In this document: piece by piece, positions 24,238 to 37,244 of the stretch
Layout of the letters: every line of letters starts with the position of its first letter
How positions within the stretch are numbered: the stretch's first letter is position 1
NCBI RefSeq assembly: GCF_053078305.1
Contig: NZ_CP166879.1
Reading direction: 5' to 3' (one strand)
DNA: 64,000 bases
Made by a program: the position numbers and the translations under genes
Notes under the pieces: model-generated
The model's input: only the letters and a program-made list of their open reading frames with translations
Databases searched by the model: none
What the model was told of the DNA's origin: nothing

Positions 24238-25330
24238 GGTTGTATTGCTGTGCCGTCCGGGCTTTGAAAAAGAGTGCGCCGCAGAAATTACCGATAAAGC
24301 CGGCCAGCGGGAAATTTTCGGTTTTGCCCGCGTGAAAGAGAATACGGGTTATGTCATTTATGAATGTTATCAACCTGATGATGGCGATAAGTTAATCCGT
24401 GAGCTGCCGTTCAGTTCATTAATTTTTGCCCGCCAGTGGTTTGTGGTGGGGGAACTCTTGCAGCATTTGCCGCCAGAAGATCGTATTACCCCCATTGTCG
24501 GCATGTTACAGGGCGTAGTAGAGAAGGGCGGTGAACTGCGTGTTGAAGTTGCCGATACCAACGAAAGCAAAGAGTTGCTGAAATTCTGCCGTAAATTTAC
24601 TGTTCCGCTACGCGCTGCCTTGCGCGATGCGGGGGTGCTGGCGAACTATGAAACGCCGAAGCGTCCGGTAGTGCATGTATTCTTCATTGCACCAGGCTGC
24701 TGTTATACCGGTTACTCATACAGCAACAATAATTCGCCGTTCTATATGGGCATTCCGCGCCTGAAATTTCCGGCAGATGCGCCGAGTCGTTCCACGCTCA
24801 AACTGGAAGAGGCATTTCATGTGTTTATTCCTGCGGATGAGTGGGATGAACGCCTGGCTAACGGGATGTGGGCGGTGGATTTGGGCGCTTGCCCAGGCGG
24901 CTGGACCTACCAACTGGTGAAGCGCAACATGTGGGTTTATTCCGTCGACAACGGCCCGATGGCGCAAAGTCTGATGGATACCGGACAGGTGACGTGGCTG
25001 CGGGAAGACGGTTTCAAATTCCGTCCGACGCGCAGCAATATCTCCTGGATGGTATGCGATATGGTTGAAAAACCGGCGAAAGTTGCGGCATTGATGGCGC
25101 AGTGGCTGGTTAATGGCTGGTGTCGTGAAACCATTTTCAACCTCAAACTGCCGATGAAAAAACGCTACGAAGAAGTGTCACACAATCTGGCGTATATTCA
25201 GGCACAGCTTGATGAACATGGCATAAATGCTCAGATTCAGGCGCGGCAGTTGTATCACGATCGCGAAGAAGTGACGGTGCACGTCCGCCGCATCTGGGCT
25301 GCGGTGGGTGGTCGTCGCGACGAGCGATAA
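24230..25330 (+). CDS. rlmM: 23S rRNA 2'-O-ribose C2498 methyltransferase
   Basis: 366-aa ORF overlapping the ygdD stop, recognised as RlmM/YgdE. Confidence 0.9.
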   Translation: MNKVVLLCRPGFEKECAAEITDKAGQREIFGFARVKENTGYVIYECYQPDDGDKLIRELPFSSLIFARQWFVVGELLQHLPPEDRITPIVGMLQGVVEKGGELRVEVADTNESKELLKFCRKFTVPLRAALRDAGVLANYETPKRPVVHVFFIAPGCCYTGYSYSNNNSPFYMGIPRLKFPADAPSRSTLKLEEAFHVFIPADEWDERLANGMWAVDLGACPGGWTYQLVKRNMWVYSVDNGPMAQSLMDTGQVTWLREDGFKFRPTRSNISWMVCDMVEKPAKVAALMAQWLVNGWCRETIFNLKLPMKKRYEEVSHNLAYIQAQLDEHGINAQIQARQLYHDREEVTVHVRRIWAAVGGRRDER

Positions 25331-25336
25331 CAGGCA

Positions 25337-25360
25337 AGGCCGGGGCGTCGTCTCCGGCCT
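25337..25360. terminator. Hairpin between the convergent rlmM and fucR genes
   Basis: AGGCCGG-10 nt-CCGGCCT inverted repeat; no strong T-run, so weak. Confidence 0.4.
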
Positions 25361-25373
25361 GCTACCCTTTCTG

Positions 25374-26105
25374 TCAGGCTGTTACCAAAGAAGTTGCAAC
25401 CTGGCGCTCATCAGAAATAATGTGCGTTACCTCATCCAGATGCCCGATGCGGGCTTCCCCTGAACGATTAAATTTACTTTTATCAATCAATAACAACGAT
25501 TGCGCGGCACGTTTTAATAGCATCGATTTGTAATCAGCGTTGATGGCATTGGAGTCCCACAGTGCGCCGCTGCTATCGATCCCTTCACAAGAAAAAATAA
25601 ACAGATCGATTTCCAGCGATTTAAGTTGGGAAATCAGCGAGGGATTGACGTAACAGCCATATTTGCGCTCAAGTGTGCCGCCGGAACTGATCAGTTGAAT
25701 GCGTTCGCGTTTACCGAGTTCATGGCAAATCGGATGGCTATTGGTGAAGACCTGAATGTTGATGTCAGGCAACTGGCGTGCCAGATACCAGCAAGTTGAA
25801 CTGGCGTCTAAGGCTATCACCATCCCTTCTTCAATCCACGCGAGCGCCTCGCGCGCGATATCTGCTTTATGCGCATAATGGCTTTTCAGCCTGATGTGAA
25901 AGGGATCGCCACTGTCTTGATTTTGACGGTGGATATATTTAGCGCGTCCATGATTGCGCAGAATTTTACCCTGCGTCTGTAATTCATTGAGATCGCGACG
26001 AATGGTTTCTTTACTGACCTTTAGCTGTTCAGAGAGAGCTTCCGTGGTCAGGCTGGTATGGTTCAGCAGCAGGTCGACTATCGCTTGCTGGCGTGCCGCT
26101 TTCAT
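25374..26105 (-). CDS. fucR: L-fucose operon activator (DeoR family)
   Basis: 243 aa from MKAARQQAIVDLLLNHTSLTTEALSEQL. Confidence 0.9.
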   Translation of the reverse strand: MKAARQQAIVDLLLNHTSLTTEALSEQLKVSKETIRRDLNELQTQGKILRNHGRAKYIHRQNQDSGDPFHIRLKSHYAHKADIAREALAWIEEGMVIALDASSTCWYLARQLPDINIQVFTNSHPICHELGKRERIQLISSGGTLERKYGCYVNPSLISQLKSLEIDLFIFSCEGIDSSGALWDSNAINADYKSMLLKRAAQSLLLIDKSKFNRSGEARIGHLDEVTHIISDERQVATSLVTA

Positions 26106-26162
26106 ATTTTTCACCCCATCATTCGATAACCGCCCGCGTCATGCGGGCGTACCGGTATGAGA

Positions 26163-26585
26163 TTACGGTGTTACCCCTTTTTTTAAAAGAATATTCCCGT
26201 ACTTCGCTCGTTCGCCTGTGATAACGATCGCAAAGGCTTTTTGCGCCCGTTCATAAAACGCAAAACGATTGATGCGGATGATGTCAGGACAGGGGGCTTG
26301 TAGTGAAAGCGCATTACGGTAACGTCGTTCTACTTCAGGATCGAGAGTGTCACCTTCTACCGCTGCCATCATCACCAGCGGCGGTGCATAACTGTCCAGC
26401 TCAAATAACGGGATAATCGCCTGGAGCAAGTCGCTCACCAACAGGCCATCAGCGCGGATCACCTGCGGTCCCATCGAATGGGCGGGAAAGTGAGCATCGG
26501 AAAAAATAATTTCATCTCCATGTCCCATCTCTGCCAGCACTTTCAATAGTTCGGGAGAAATTAACGGCGAAATTGTTTTCAGCAT
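26163..26585 (-). CDS. fucU: L-fucose mutarotase
   Basis: 140-aa ORF, RbsD/FucU family, in the fuc operon. Confidence 0.9.
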
Positions 26586-26586
26586 T

Positions 26587-28005
26587 TCACACTTCCTCTA
26601 TAAATTCAGGTTCAGTTTGCGGGTAGAAATAACGGTACTGATAATGAATCTGCGCGCGGGCTTCTTCCGGGCTGTTAAATTCCCCTACGCCATACCAACC
26701 GAACAGCGCAGCTCCTGCGACGGTCGTTTCGGCGTCGTCGAGAACTTTTACCGGAATATCAAGCATATTGGCTTTAATCTGATTCCACAATGTGTTGCGA
26801 CTTCCTCCTCCGACTAACAATAATTCAGAGGCTTTAAAGTGCCCGATTTTTTCCAGCATCTGTAGATTGCGCTGTAATTGCGCAGTTAACCCTTCCAGCG
26901 CCGCGCGATAGAAATGCCCCCGCGTGGTATTAAGCGTCACTCCTTGCCAGCCAGCGTTCTGACACGACAATAAATCACACTGCATTTTCACGCCATCCGC
27001 GCCAGGCGCGATCAGACGAGCCTCTTCAATCAACATTTGCCAGGGTGTTTCAGCCGTCCAGAACAGTTTTCTCACCCATTCCAGCACGCCGGATGCCAGC
27101 CATTGCATACCTGGGTTATACAACCCTGCCTGGCTATCCAGTTCGCAGGTGGAACCGGCGTACTGACTTAACAGCGAAGTATCAACCTGGGCGCTGCGAA
27201 CCATTAAAATTTCCCATGTACCGGAAGAGAGCACGGGTTCATTTTGTTCAGCACCAGCGCCAAAAAGGGCGAACTGGGTATCGTGACCTGCGGAAATCAC
27301 CGGTATGCCAACGGGTAAGCCGAGCATTGCTGCGGCGCTGTTCTGTAGCGTACCAATCTGTTCACCCGCTTCCACCAGACGAGGGAAGAGTCGGCGTGGA
27401 ATACCGGTGGCTTGTAAAATTTGCGGACTGAAATCGCGTTGCTGGATATCCAGCATCTGGCTGGTTCCGGCCATCGTGATATCAGTAGTGAATTCGCCGG
27501 TTAAACGGTGGTTAATCAGCGACGAAATAAAGAGCCAGGCGTGCGCGCGTTCCAGCAGTTGTGGATGATTTTCTTTCAACCACACCAACTTATATAACGT
27601 ATTGAAACTAAAGGCTCCGACGCCAGAAATAGCCTGCAACCGCTGTGCGGAGATTAACCGTTCAATATTGTCCATAACCGCTGCTGTTCGCGGACATTTC
27701 CAGCTAATGATCGGATAGAGCAGATTGCCTTGCTTATCTACCAGAGCGCCATCCACACCAAAGGTGGTGACGGCGATACCGCGGATGTGGCATTCAGTCA
27801 GTTCACTATTGATTTGCCGACAGCAATCAGCAAAGCGTTGCAAAATGGCGTCTAAAGACCACTGGTGCCAGGTGTTGTTTTCCATCGCGATATCGCTGGC
27901 ATTAGGCGTTGAGGCGCGGGCAACAATTTTTCCCTGCCGATTAACCGCGATGGCCCTGACATTGGTCGCGCCACAGTCGAGTACCAGGATAACTTCTTGT
28001 TTCAT
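26587..28005 (-). CDS. fucK: L-fuculokinase
   Basis: FGGY-kinase sequence; 472 aa from [21 protein letters not shown] (a start 10 codons upstream is also possible). Confidence 0.9.
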
Positions 28006-28023
28006 GATCGCTCCTGCAATATA

Positions 28024-28047
28024 GCCGGATAACATTGCTTATCCGGC
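28024..28047. repeat. REP-like palindrome in the fucI-fucK spacer
   Basis: GCCGGATAACATTGCTTATCCGGC, a perfect hairpin-forming palindrome. Confidence 0.6.
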
Positions 28048-28113
28048 TAACCACTCTTGCTTGTTCAGGCCCGGCAGCCGGAGCGACCGGGCATCACATC
28101 AGGGAGTAATGTA

Positions 28114-29889
28114 TTAACGCTTGTACAACGGACCGTAGTTCTGGCAAGCGCGGTAATCCTGGCCTTCAATATCCATGCCGTGCGCAGCCCAGGCAGAAGG
28201 ACGATACACTTTGGTCTCTTCAACGTTGTGCATACATACCGGGATACGCAGCATGGAGGCGAGAGTGATAAAGTCTGCGCCAACGTGGCCGATGGTCAGA
28301 ACCCCATGGTTAGCGCCCCAGTTCGCCATTACCGAGTACACATCCGTAAACGGCCCTTTACCGGTGAGGCGCGGTGCAAACCAGGTGGTTGGCCAGGTTG
28401 AGTTGGTGCGTTTGTTGAGGATGTCATGCACATCCTTCGGCAATTCCACGCTCCAGCCTTCCGCGATTTGCAGTACCGGTCCCAGGCCTTTGATGATGTT
28501 GACACGAGTCATGGTGAACGGGACGCCGCCTTCGGTAAGGAAGCGGGAAGAGTAACCGCCGCCACGGAAGTATTCGTGGATCGCCGGGCACCATTCGGTA
28601 GCGGCGAGGCAAGCGTCAGCCTCTTGCTGAGAGATTTCCCAGTGCGGCTTCATCGTCGGGTTACCTTCGCTGTCGCGTTGTTTACAGGAACCGTCCAGCG
28701 CAGCAGAACCGGAGTTGATCAAATGGATGATGCCGTGTTCTGCCAGTCCATCCAGTTTATGCCCCGTTACACGCTCAATTGCTTTTGGTGACCAGTAGGT
28801 ACGCACATCGGCAAATACCTGAGCGGTGCCGGTGAGCTGGTGACCCATTAGCATTGCCACGCCGTTAAGACTGTCGTTTTCGGTCGCCACGACAAAGGGT
28901 TCGCGCACGCCATTCCAGTCAAATGAACTGTTGAGGATCGCTTCGGCGGTGTCACCATTGGGATATTGATCGGTCCAGTGGCGTTGTCCCTGGAAGCCCG
29001 CAGCGATGGCGTTGTAGCCAAGTGATTCTTCCACGCGACCAATATCGGCCAGTTTGCTGTTGCCTTGCATCATGTCGCGGATACACATCGCCATCAGTAA
29101 ACTTTCGCGCAGAACTGCGCGGCTTTGCTCGGCATTGCGTTGATACTGTTTGTTATTTTCATCTTCGCCATAGCGGAAGTTTTTATCAGCCCAGGTCAGT
29201 GCCATTTCCAGTTCGGCTTCGTCGTAAATCTTCTGATCGATACGGCGACGCAGTTCGGTCATATCCACCGCCTGGACTTTCATTCCCAGCCAGGATTCAA
29301 AGAAGTTGTGATCAACAATAGAACCGGCGATACCCATCGAAACGCCGCCCAGCGACAGATAGCTTTTACCTTTCATGCTGGCGACGGCCAAACCGGCGCG
29401 GGCAAAGCGCAGCAGTTTTTCTTCAACATCGGCAGGAATCGATGTGTCATCGGCATCCTGAACGTCATGACCGTAAATGGAGAATGCCGGGATGCCTTTC
29501 TGGCTGTGAGCTGCCAGAGCCGCTGCCAGGTAAACAGCGCCGGGACGTTCAGTGCCGTTAAAGCCCCAAATGGCTTTCGGGCGGGTTGGATCCATGTCGA
29601 TGGTTTCACTGCCATAGCACCAGCAAGGCGTTACCGTAATGGTGAGGCCTACATTCTGACTGCTGAATTTTTCTTCGCAAGCAGCGGCTTCAGCCATACC
29701 CGCGATACAGGTATCGGAAATGACACACTCGACGGCAGCTCCGCAGGCATGGCGCAGTTTCTCGGTCAGCAGTGCGGCCGTAGCTTTCGCCATATTCATT
29801 GTTTGTTCTTCAAGCGACTCACGAACACCCATGCGACGACCGTCAATAACCGGGCGGATACCAATTTTCGGTAAGCTGATTTTTTTCAT
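28114..29889 (-). CDS. fucI: L-fucose isomerase
   Basis: 591-aa ORF starting [36 protein letters not shown]. Confidence 0.95.
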   Translation of the reverse strand: MKKISLPKIGIRPVIDGRRMGVRESLEEQTMNMAKATAALLTEKLRHACGAAVECVISDTCIAGMAEAAACEEKFSSQNVGLTITVTPCWCYGSETIDMDPTRPKAIWGFNGTERPGAVYLAAALAAHSQKGIPAFSIYGHDVQDADDTSIPADVEEKLLRFARAGLAVASMKGKSYLSLGGVSMGIAGSIVDHNFFESWLGMKVQAVDMTELRRRIDQKIYDEAELEMALTWADKNFRYGEDENNKQYQRNAEQSRAVLRESLLMAMCIRDMMQGNSKLADIGRVEESLGYNAIAAGFQGQRHWTDQYPNGDTAEAILNSSFDWNGVREPFVVATENDSLNGVAMLMGHQLTGTAQVFADVRTYWSPKAIERVTGHKLDGLAEHGIIHLINSGSAALDGSCKQRDSEGNPTMKPHWEISQQEADACLAATEWCPAIHEYFRGGGYSSRFLTEGGVPFTMTRVNIIKGLGPVLQIAEGWSVELPKDVHDILNKRTNSTWPTTWFAPRLTGKGPFTDVYSVMANWGANHGVLTIGHVGADFITLASMLRIPVCMHNVEETKVYRPSAWAAHGMDIEGQDYRACQNYGPLYKR

Positions 29890-29921
29890 TACAGATTCCT
29901 CACTTTATTCGGAAAATATGT

Positions 29922-31238
29922 TCAGTTAGTTGCCGTTTGAGAACGGAAACGGGCAAAGATAAAGATGACCGCGAAGCAGAGTGCGGGGATCAGTTCAGCA
30001 GTGGGGATGTTGCCCGCCGCGTCACTGACAAAACCCATGACCGGAGTGACAATACCGCCGCCAATGATGGTCATAACGATGAAGGACGAACCGTATTTGG
30101 TGTCCTGGCCGAGATTCTTAATGCCCAGCGAGAAGATTGTTGGGTACTGAATCGACATAAAGGCGCTGCATAAAGTCAGGGCTATTAAGCCCACATGACC
30201 GCCAGCGAAGGCTGAGATCAGGCACAGTGCCATAGCGATTAATGCGTAGGCGGCCAGGACTTTGTGTGGTGCGAAGCGACTGATGAGCCAGGTACCGGTG
30301 AAACGACCAATAAAGAAGCACACCATGGTTCCGGTTAAATAGTTAGCGGCAAAGCCTGCAGTCATACCTGGAATTTCTTCTACAGCGTAGCGAATCAAAT
30401 AGCTCCAGCAGGCCGTTTGTGCGCCAACGTAGCAGAATTGCGCTAATACTGCCCAGCGCCAGTGGCGAATACGCGCCAGGCGAGAAAGCGATGCGGAGAA
30501 CGATCCTTGTTTGGCGTCACTGTGATTATCACTCTGCAATGCCGGGAATTTCGTCAGCATGATCAGCAGGGCGACCAGTAACACGATAGCCACGATGATC
30601 ATATAAGGTGTCTGTACCGATAATACCAGGCTGTGTTTATACGCACTCAATTGCTCTGGAGACATTTTATCGAGAACGTCTTGCGATTGATGTGGCACGT
30701 TAGACAAAATAAGACTTTGCCCAAAGACAACCGCGATAATTGCGCCAAATGAGTTAAATGTTTGCGCAAGATTTAAGCGGAAGTGACCACTGCTTTCCGG
30801 CCCTAATACCGTAACAAAAGGGTTTGCGGCAGTTTCCAGACAACCTAATCCGGCTGCAATAATAAATAGGCCAACTAAAAATAAGGTGTAGTTCATTATT
30901 TCTGCCGCGGGCCAGAATAATGCAGCACCCAAGGCATATAAAAATAACCCGGTAATAATTCCTGCTTTATAACTGAGTTTTTTCATCAATATCCCAGCAG
31001 GAATTGGGATAATGAAATAACCAAAGTAAAAGGCCGATTGGATCAGGCCAGCCTGGAAATTTGTCAGCGTAAAAGCCTGCTGGAATTGAGGTAATAAAAT
31101 GTCGTTAAGGTTATTGGCTACCGCCCAAAGAAAAAACAGTGAGCACAGCAGCGCGAATGGAATAATGTAACTTCTGCTTTGCCCTGCATCTTTATCTACC
31201 GCACGGTAACTCTGCGTTTGTATTGATGTGTTTCCCAT
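29922..31238 (-). CDS. fucP: L-fucose:H+ symporter (MFS)
   Basis: 438-aa polytopic membrane ORF at the head of fucPIKUR. Confidence 0.95.
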   Translation of the reverse strand: MGNTSIQTQSYRAVDKDAGQSRSYIIPFALLCSLFFLWAVANNLNDILLPQFQQAFTLTNFQAGLIQSAFYFGYFIIPIPAGILMKKLSYKAGIITGLFLYALGAALFWPAAEIMNYTLFLVGLFIIAAGLGCLETAANPFVTVLGPESSGHFRLNLAQTFNSFGAIIAVVFGQSLILSNVPHQSQDVLDKMSPEQLSAYKHSLVLSVQTPYMIIVAIVLLVALLIMLTKFPALQSDNHSDAKQGSFSASLSRLARIRHWRWAVLAQFCYVGAQTACWSYLIRYAVEEIPGMTAGFAANYLTGTMVCFFIGRFTGTWLISRFAPHKVLAAYALIAMALCLISAFAGGHVGLIALTLCSAFMSIQYPTIFSLGIKNLGQDTKYGSSFIVMTIIGGGIVTPVMGFVSDAAGNIPTAELIPALCFAVIFIFARFRSQTATN

Positions 31239-31500
31239 AGCATCCTCTTAGGTTCAGAAGCTTAAGCACGTAATCGGTTATGTTTTCAAAAGTGCAAAAC
31301 CAGCGAGTTCGGGCTTCATATCAGTGAATATTTGCCTGTCTGAAATGAACTCATGGATTCATTTTCAAATAAAAAACGCTCTGTAATATGACGGCGGTCA
31401 CACTTATTAGCTGGAAGGTGACTTTATGTGACTACCATCACTTTAATAATCGAAATTTCATGCCCGTTTCAGAAAATAAATCATAAAAAACACAAATCAG

Positions 31501-31595
31501 ATGACCGTATTAATTGTTTGTGCCGAAAACGGTCATTCCGGGCTTGGAGGAATAGAAAAATGACCGTTTTGATAAATATTTTTAAGAGCGGTCAT
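31501..31595. promoter_or_regulatory. Paired inverted repeats in the divergent fucPIKUR / fucAO control region (candidate operator sites)
   Basis: ATGACCGT-20 nt-ACGGTCAT (31501..31536) and ATGACCG-22 nt-CGGTCAT (31560..31595) within the 546-bp intergenic region. Confidence 0.5.
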
Positions 31596-31784
31596 TTTTA
31601 ATGGGGTTATAAAAAGAGAACTTGCAGTTATTTACTGTGATTAGTTGAACCAGGTCACAAAATATAAGCTTGTGAATTTCTTTCTGGTTAATCAGGAAGA
31701 AGATGGTGGGTAATTAAACGGCTAATTCAATAGTGTGAAAGGAACAACATTATTGCCCTGTTTTGAATCAGAGAGAGGTAGCTA

Positions 31785-32432
31785 ATGGAACGAAATAAAC
31801 TTGCTCGTCAGATTATTGACACATGCCTGGAAATGACCCGCCTGGGACTGAACCAGGGGACCGCGGGGAACGTCAGTGTACGTTATCAGGATGGGATGCT
31901 GATTACGCCTACAGGTATTCCATATGAAAAACTGACGGAGTCGCATATTGTCTTTATTGATGGCAACGGTAAACATGAGGAAGGAAAGCTACCCTCAAGC
32001 GAATGGCGTTTCCATATGGCGGCCTATCAAAGCAGACCGGATGCCAACGCGGTTGTTCACAATCATGCCGTTCATTGCACAGCAGTTTCCATTCTTAACC
32101 GACCGATCCCCGCTATTCACTACATGATTGCGGCGGCTGGCGGTAATTCTATTCCTTGCGCGCCTTATGCGACCTTTGGAACACGCGAACTTTCTGAACA
32201 TGTTGCGCTGGCTCTCAAAAATCGTAAGGCAACTTTGTTACAACATCATGGGCTTATCGCTTGTGAGGTGAATCTGGAAAAAGCGTTATGGCTGGCGCAT
32301 GAAGTTGAAGTGCTGGCGCAACTTTACCTGACGACCCTGGCGATTACGGACCCGGTGCCAGTGCTGAGCGATGAAGAAATTGCCGTAGTGCTGGAGAAAT
32401 TCAAAACCTATGGGTTACGGATTGAAGAGTAA
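31785..32432 (+). CDS. fucA: L-fuculose-1-phosphate aldolase
   Basis: 215-aa ORF, class II aldolase. Confidence 0.95.
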   Translation: MERNKLARQIIDTCLEMTRLGLNQGTAGNVSVRYQDGMLITPTGIPYEKLTESHIVFIDGNGKHEEGKLPSSEWRFHMAAYQSRPDANAVVHNHAVHCTAVSILNRPIPAIHYMIAAAGGNSIPCAPYATFGTRELSEHVALALKNRKATLLQHHGLIACEVNLEKALWLAHEVEVLAQLYLTTLAITDPVPVLSDEEIAVVLEKFKTYGLRIEE

Positions 32433-32459
32433 TTTCGTAAAGCAACAAGGAGAAGGATG

Positions 32460-33608
32460 ATGGCTAACAGAATGATTCTGAACGAAACGGCATGGTTTGG
32501 TCGGGGCGCTGTTGGGGCTTTAACCGATGAGGTGAAACGCCGTGGTTATCAGAAGGCGCTGATCGTCACCGATAAAACGCTGGTGCAATGCGGCGTGGTG
32601 GCGAAAGTGACCCATAAGATGGATGCTGCAGGGCTGGCATGGGCGATTTACGACGGCGTAGTACCCAACCCAACAATTACTATCGTCAAAGAAGGGCTCG
32701 GTGTATTCCAGAATAGCGGCGCGGATTACCTGATCGCTATTGGTGGTGGTTCTCCACAGGATACTTGTAAAGCGATTGGCATTATCAGCAACAACCCGGA
32801 GTTTGCCGATGTGCGTAGCCTGGAAGGACTTTCCCCGACCAATAAACCCAGTGTACCGATTCTGGCAATCCCCACCACAGCAGGCACTGCGGCAGAAGTG
32901 ACCATTAACTACGTGATCACTGACGAAGAAAAACGGCGCAAGTTTGTTTGCGTTGATCCGCATGATATCCCGCAGGTGGCGTTTATTGACGCTGACATGA
33001 TGGATGGTATGCCTCCAGCGCTGAAAGCTGCGACGGGTGTCGATGCGCTCACTCATGCTATTGAGGGGTATATTACCCGTGGCGCGTGGGCGCTAACCGA
33101 TGCACTGCACATTAAAGCGATTGAAATCATTGCTGGGGCGCTGCGAGGATCGGTTGCTGGTGATAAGGATGCCGGAGAAGAAATGGCGCTCGGGCAGTAT
33201 GTTGCGGGTATGGGCTTCTCGAATGTTGGGTTAGGGTTGGTGCATGGTATGGCGCATCCACTGGGCGCGTTTTACAACACTCCACACGGTGTTGCGAACG
33301 CCATCCTGTTACCGCATGTCATGCGCTATAACGCTGACTTTACCGGTGAGAAGTACCGCGATATCGCGCGCGTTATGGGCGTGAAAGTGGAAGGTATGAG
33401 TCTGGAAGAGGCGCGTAATGCCGCTGTTGAAGCGGTGTTTGCTCTCAACCGTGATGTCGGTATTCCGCCACATTTGCGTGATGTTGGTGTACGCAAGGAA
33501 GACATTCCGGCACTGGCTCAGGCGGCACTGGATGATGTTTGTACCGGTGGCAACCCGCGTGAAGCAACGCTTGAGGATATTGTAGAGCTTTACCATACCG
33601 CCTGGTAA
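32460..33608 (+). CDS. fucO: Lactaldehyde reductase (L-1,2-propanediol oxidoreductase)
   Basis: 382 aa from MANRMILNETAWFGRGAVGAL; iron-containing alcohol dehydrogenase family. Confidence 0.95.
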   Translation: MANRMILNETAWFGRGAVGALTDEVKRRGYQKALIVTDKTLVQCGVVAKVTHKMDAAGLAWAIYDGVVPNPTITIVKEGLGVFQNSGADYLIAIGGGSPQDTCKAIGIISNNPEFADVRSLEGLSPTNKPSVPILAIPTTAGTAAEVTINYVITDEEKRRKFVCVDPHDIPQVAFIDADMMDGMPPALKAATGVDALTHAIEGYITRGAWALTDALHIKAIEIIAGALRGSVAGDKDAGEEMALGQYVAGMGFSNVGLGLVHGMAHPLGAFYNTPHGVANAILLPHVMRYNADFTGEKYRDIARVMGVKVEGMSLEEARNAAVEAVFALNRDVGIPPHLRDVGVRKEDIPALAQAALDDVCTGGNPREATLEDIVELYHTAW

Positions 33609-33662
33609 ATGCGCTGATGTGATAATGCCGGATACGACGTTTGCGGCGTATCCGGCTCGCCG

Positions 33663-34529
<867 letters not shown>

Positions 34530-35897
34530 TTAATCGCAGGCAACGATCTTCATTGCCAGGCCGCCGCGAGAGGTTTCGCGGTACTTGGCGTTCATATCTT
34601 TACCTGTTTCGTACATGGTTTCGATAACTTTATCGAGGCAGACGCGCGGCTCGCTGGTACGGCGCAGCGCCATACGTGCGGCGTTCACCGCTTTTACTGC
34701 CGCAATGGCGTTACGCTCGATGCATGGCACCTGTACCTGTCCGGCGACCGGGTCACACGTCAGACCGAGGTTGTGCTCCATGGCGATTTCCGCCGCGATG
34801 CACACCTGCGCCGGGCTTGCACCTAACAGTTCTGCCAGACCAGCCGCCGCCATTGAGCACGCCACACCAACTTCACCCTGGCAACCCACTTCGGCACCAG
34901 AAATCGACGCGTTCATCTTATAAAGAGAACCAATGGCGCTGGCTACCAGCAGGTAACGAGCCAGTGAGTTAGCGTTCACTTCGCGGATAAACTTATCGTA
35001 GTACGCCAGCACTGCCGGGATAATCCCGCACGCACCGTTAGTCGGCGCAGTCACCACGCGACCGCCAGCAGCGTTCTCTTCGTTCACTGCCAGTGCAAAC
35101 ATGTTGATCCAGTCAACAACCGCCATCGGGTCAGTGGTGGTTTTATCCTGGCTGACCAGCATCCGGCGTAGTGCCGCAGCACGGCGTGGAACGCGCAGTT
35201 TGCCAGGCAACACGCCTTCGGTGGAAATACCGCGCTCAATACCGCCGCGCATGACTTCCCAGACGTTCGCCAGGTGCTGTTCCAGCTCTTCTTTGCTGTG
35301 CAGCGCCAGCTCGTTTTTCATCATCAGGCCAGAGAGTGACAGCCCGGTTTCCTGACAATGTTTTTGCAGATCGGCTGCTGAACTGTACGGATAAGGAACT
35401 TCAACCGGTGCGCTATCCTGCTGGCCAAAATGCTCTTCATCAACGATAAAGCCACCGCCAATAGAGTAGTAAGTCTGACTGTAAACGACTTTATCACCCG
35501 CCAGCGCGGTAATGCGCATACCGTTTTCATGCAGAGAAAGGTTGTCGGCATGGAAGTTCATGCACTGATCAACCGGGAACTCCACTTCATGCTGACCGTT
35601 TGCCAGCATCAGGCGACCATGAGTATTCACATCCTGAATAAAACCAGGGATGGAATCGATATCCACGGTATCCGGCAGGTTACCCGCCAGGCCCATAATA
35701 ATGGCGATATCAGTGTGGTGGCCTTTACCAGTCAGAGAGAGCGAGCCGTACACGTCAACCACCACGCGGGTCACGTCTTTAAGCTGGTTACGGGCAATCA
35801 GATCGTCGGTAAATTGTTTACCCGCTTTCATTGGTCCAACGGTATGAGAACTGGAAGGGCCAATGCCGATTTTGAAAATATCGAATACGCTAATCAT
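34530..35897 (-). CDS. sdaB: L-serine dehydratase 2
   Basis: 455-aa ORF starting MISVFDIFKIGIGPSSSHTVGPM. Confidence 0.95.
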   Translation of the reverse strand: MISVFDIFKIGIGPSSSHTVGPMKAGKQFTDDLIARNQLKDVTRVVVDVYGSLSLTGKGHHTDIAIIMGLAGNLPDTVDIDSIPGFIQDVNTHGRLMLANGQHEVEFPVDQCMNFHADNLSLHENGMRITALAGDKVVYSQTYYSIGGGFIVDEEHFGQQDSAPVEVPYPYSSAADLQKHCQETGLSLSGLMMKNELALHSKEELEQHLANVWEVMRGGIERGISTEGVLPGKLRVPRRAAALRRMLVSQDKTTTDPMAVVDWINMFALAVNEENAAGGRVVTAPTNGACGIIPAVLAYYDKFIREVNANSLARYLLVASAIGSLYKMNASISGAEVGCQGEVGVACSMAAAGLAELLGASPAQVCIAAEIAMEHNLGLTCDPVAGQVQVPCIERNAIAAVKAVNAARMALRRTSEPRVCLDKVIETMYETGKDMNAKYRETSRGGLAMKIVACD

Positions 35898-35954
35898 AGG
35901 AAATACATCGCGTTAAAACGGAGGAAGCGCCGCCCGAAAGCGGCGCGAAAGGAC

Positions 35955-37244
35955 TTAGCTGAACAGAGAGTAGAAGATTGCGGAGATTGCAATCAGACCC
36001 ATCACGACAACGAATACGTTGCTGATGTGACCGCTGTACTTACGCATTGCCGGTACTTTCTGAATTGCGTACATCGGCATCAGGAACAGGATCATCGCGA
36101 TGATTGGGCCGCCCAGGGTTTCAATCATACCCAGGATGCTCGGGTTCAGGGTGGCAACAATCCAGGTCGTTACCAGCATGAACAGCGCAGTGATACGGTT
36201 CAGCTTGTTGATTTCGATAGACTTACCTTTACCACGCAGAGATTTAATCACCATACCGTTGAAGCCTTCACGTGCGCCCAGGTAGTGGCCGAGGAAGGAT
36301 TTGGTGATAGCGATAATCGCGATAATCGGAGCCATCCACGCGATAACCGGTGCGTTAAAGTGGTTAGCCAGGTAAGACAGAATCGAGATGTTCTGCTCTT
36401 TAGCCGCAGCCAGGTCTGCCGGAGTCAGGCTCAGTACACAGCTGAAGACGAAGAACATTACGGTCAGCACCATCATGATGTGTGCGAATGCCAGGATCTT
36501 CGAGCATTTCTGTTCTGCCATATCGCCGTACTCTTCACGCTTCGCAACGGCGAAAGAAGAGATGATCGGAGAGTGGTTGAACGAGAACACCATTACCGGA
36601 ATTGCCAGCCACAGGGTCATCCACAGACCGTTTCCGGTTGCAGATGCAGTGTCCAGAGACAGCGTTTCCAGTGCTGCGCCGTTCCACTGCGGGATCAGGT
36701 ACAGAGCCAGCAGCATCAATACGCCAACAAACGGGAACACCAGAATACTCATCGCTTTAACGATCATCTGCTCACCGAAGCGAACGATGGTCATCATACC
36801 CACGATCAGGATCAGCGACAGAATCGCACGCGGCGGTGGCGTCATACCCAGCTGGTGAGACATGAAGCTTTCAACTGTATTGGTGATTGCCACGCTATAA
36901 ACCAGCAGGATCGGGTAGATAGCGAAGAAGTAGAGCAGGGTAATCAGTTTACCTGCGCCAATACCAAAGTGTTCTTCTACAACCTCGGTGATGTCTTCGC
37001 CCGGGTTTTTACCAGACAGTACGAAGCGAGTCAGGCCGCGGTGAGCAAAAAACGTCATCGGGAACGCAAGGATAGCCATGATGATCAGCGGGATCATACC
37101 GCCAACACCGGCGTTGATTGGCAGGAACAGCACGCCCGCGCCGATTGCCGTGCCGTAAAGGCCCAGCATCCACATGGTGTCTGTCTTGCGCCAGGCACTA
37201 CGAGAGTCTTTCGACGCAATCGTGCTGGTTTGAGTCGTTTCCAT
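35955..37244 (-). CDS. sdaC: Serine:H+ symporter
   Basis: 429-aa polytopic membrane ORF upstream of sdaB (HAAAP family). Confidence 0.95.
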   Translation of the reverse strand: METTQTSTIASKDSRSAWRKTDTMWMLGLYGTAIGAGVLFLPINAGVGGMIPLIIMAILAFPMTFFAHRGLTRFVLSGKNPGEDITEVVEEHFGIGAGKLITLLYFFAIYPILLVYSVAITNTVESFMSHQLGMTPPPRAILSLILIVGMMTIVRFGEQMIVKAMSILVFPFVGVLMLLALYLIPQWNGAALETLSLDTASATGNGLWMTLWLAIPVMVFSFNHSPIISSFAVAKREEYGDMAEQKCSKILAFAHIMMVLTVMFFVFSCVLSLTPADLAAAKEQNISILSYLANHFNAPVIAWMAPIIAIIAITKSFLGHYLGAREGFNGMVIKSLRGKGKSIEINKLNRITALFMLVTTWIVATLNPSILGMIETLGGPIIAMILFLMPMYAIQKVPAMRKYSGHISNVFVVVMGLIAISAIFYSLFS

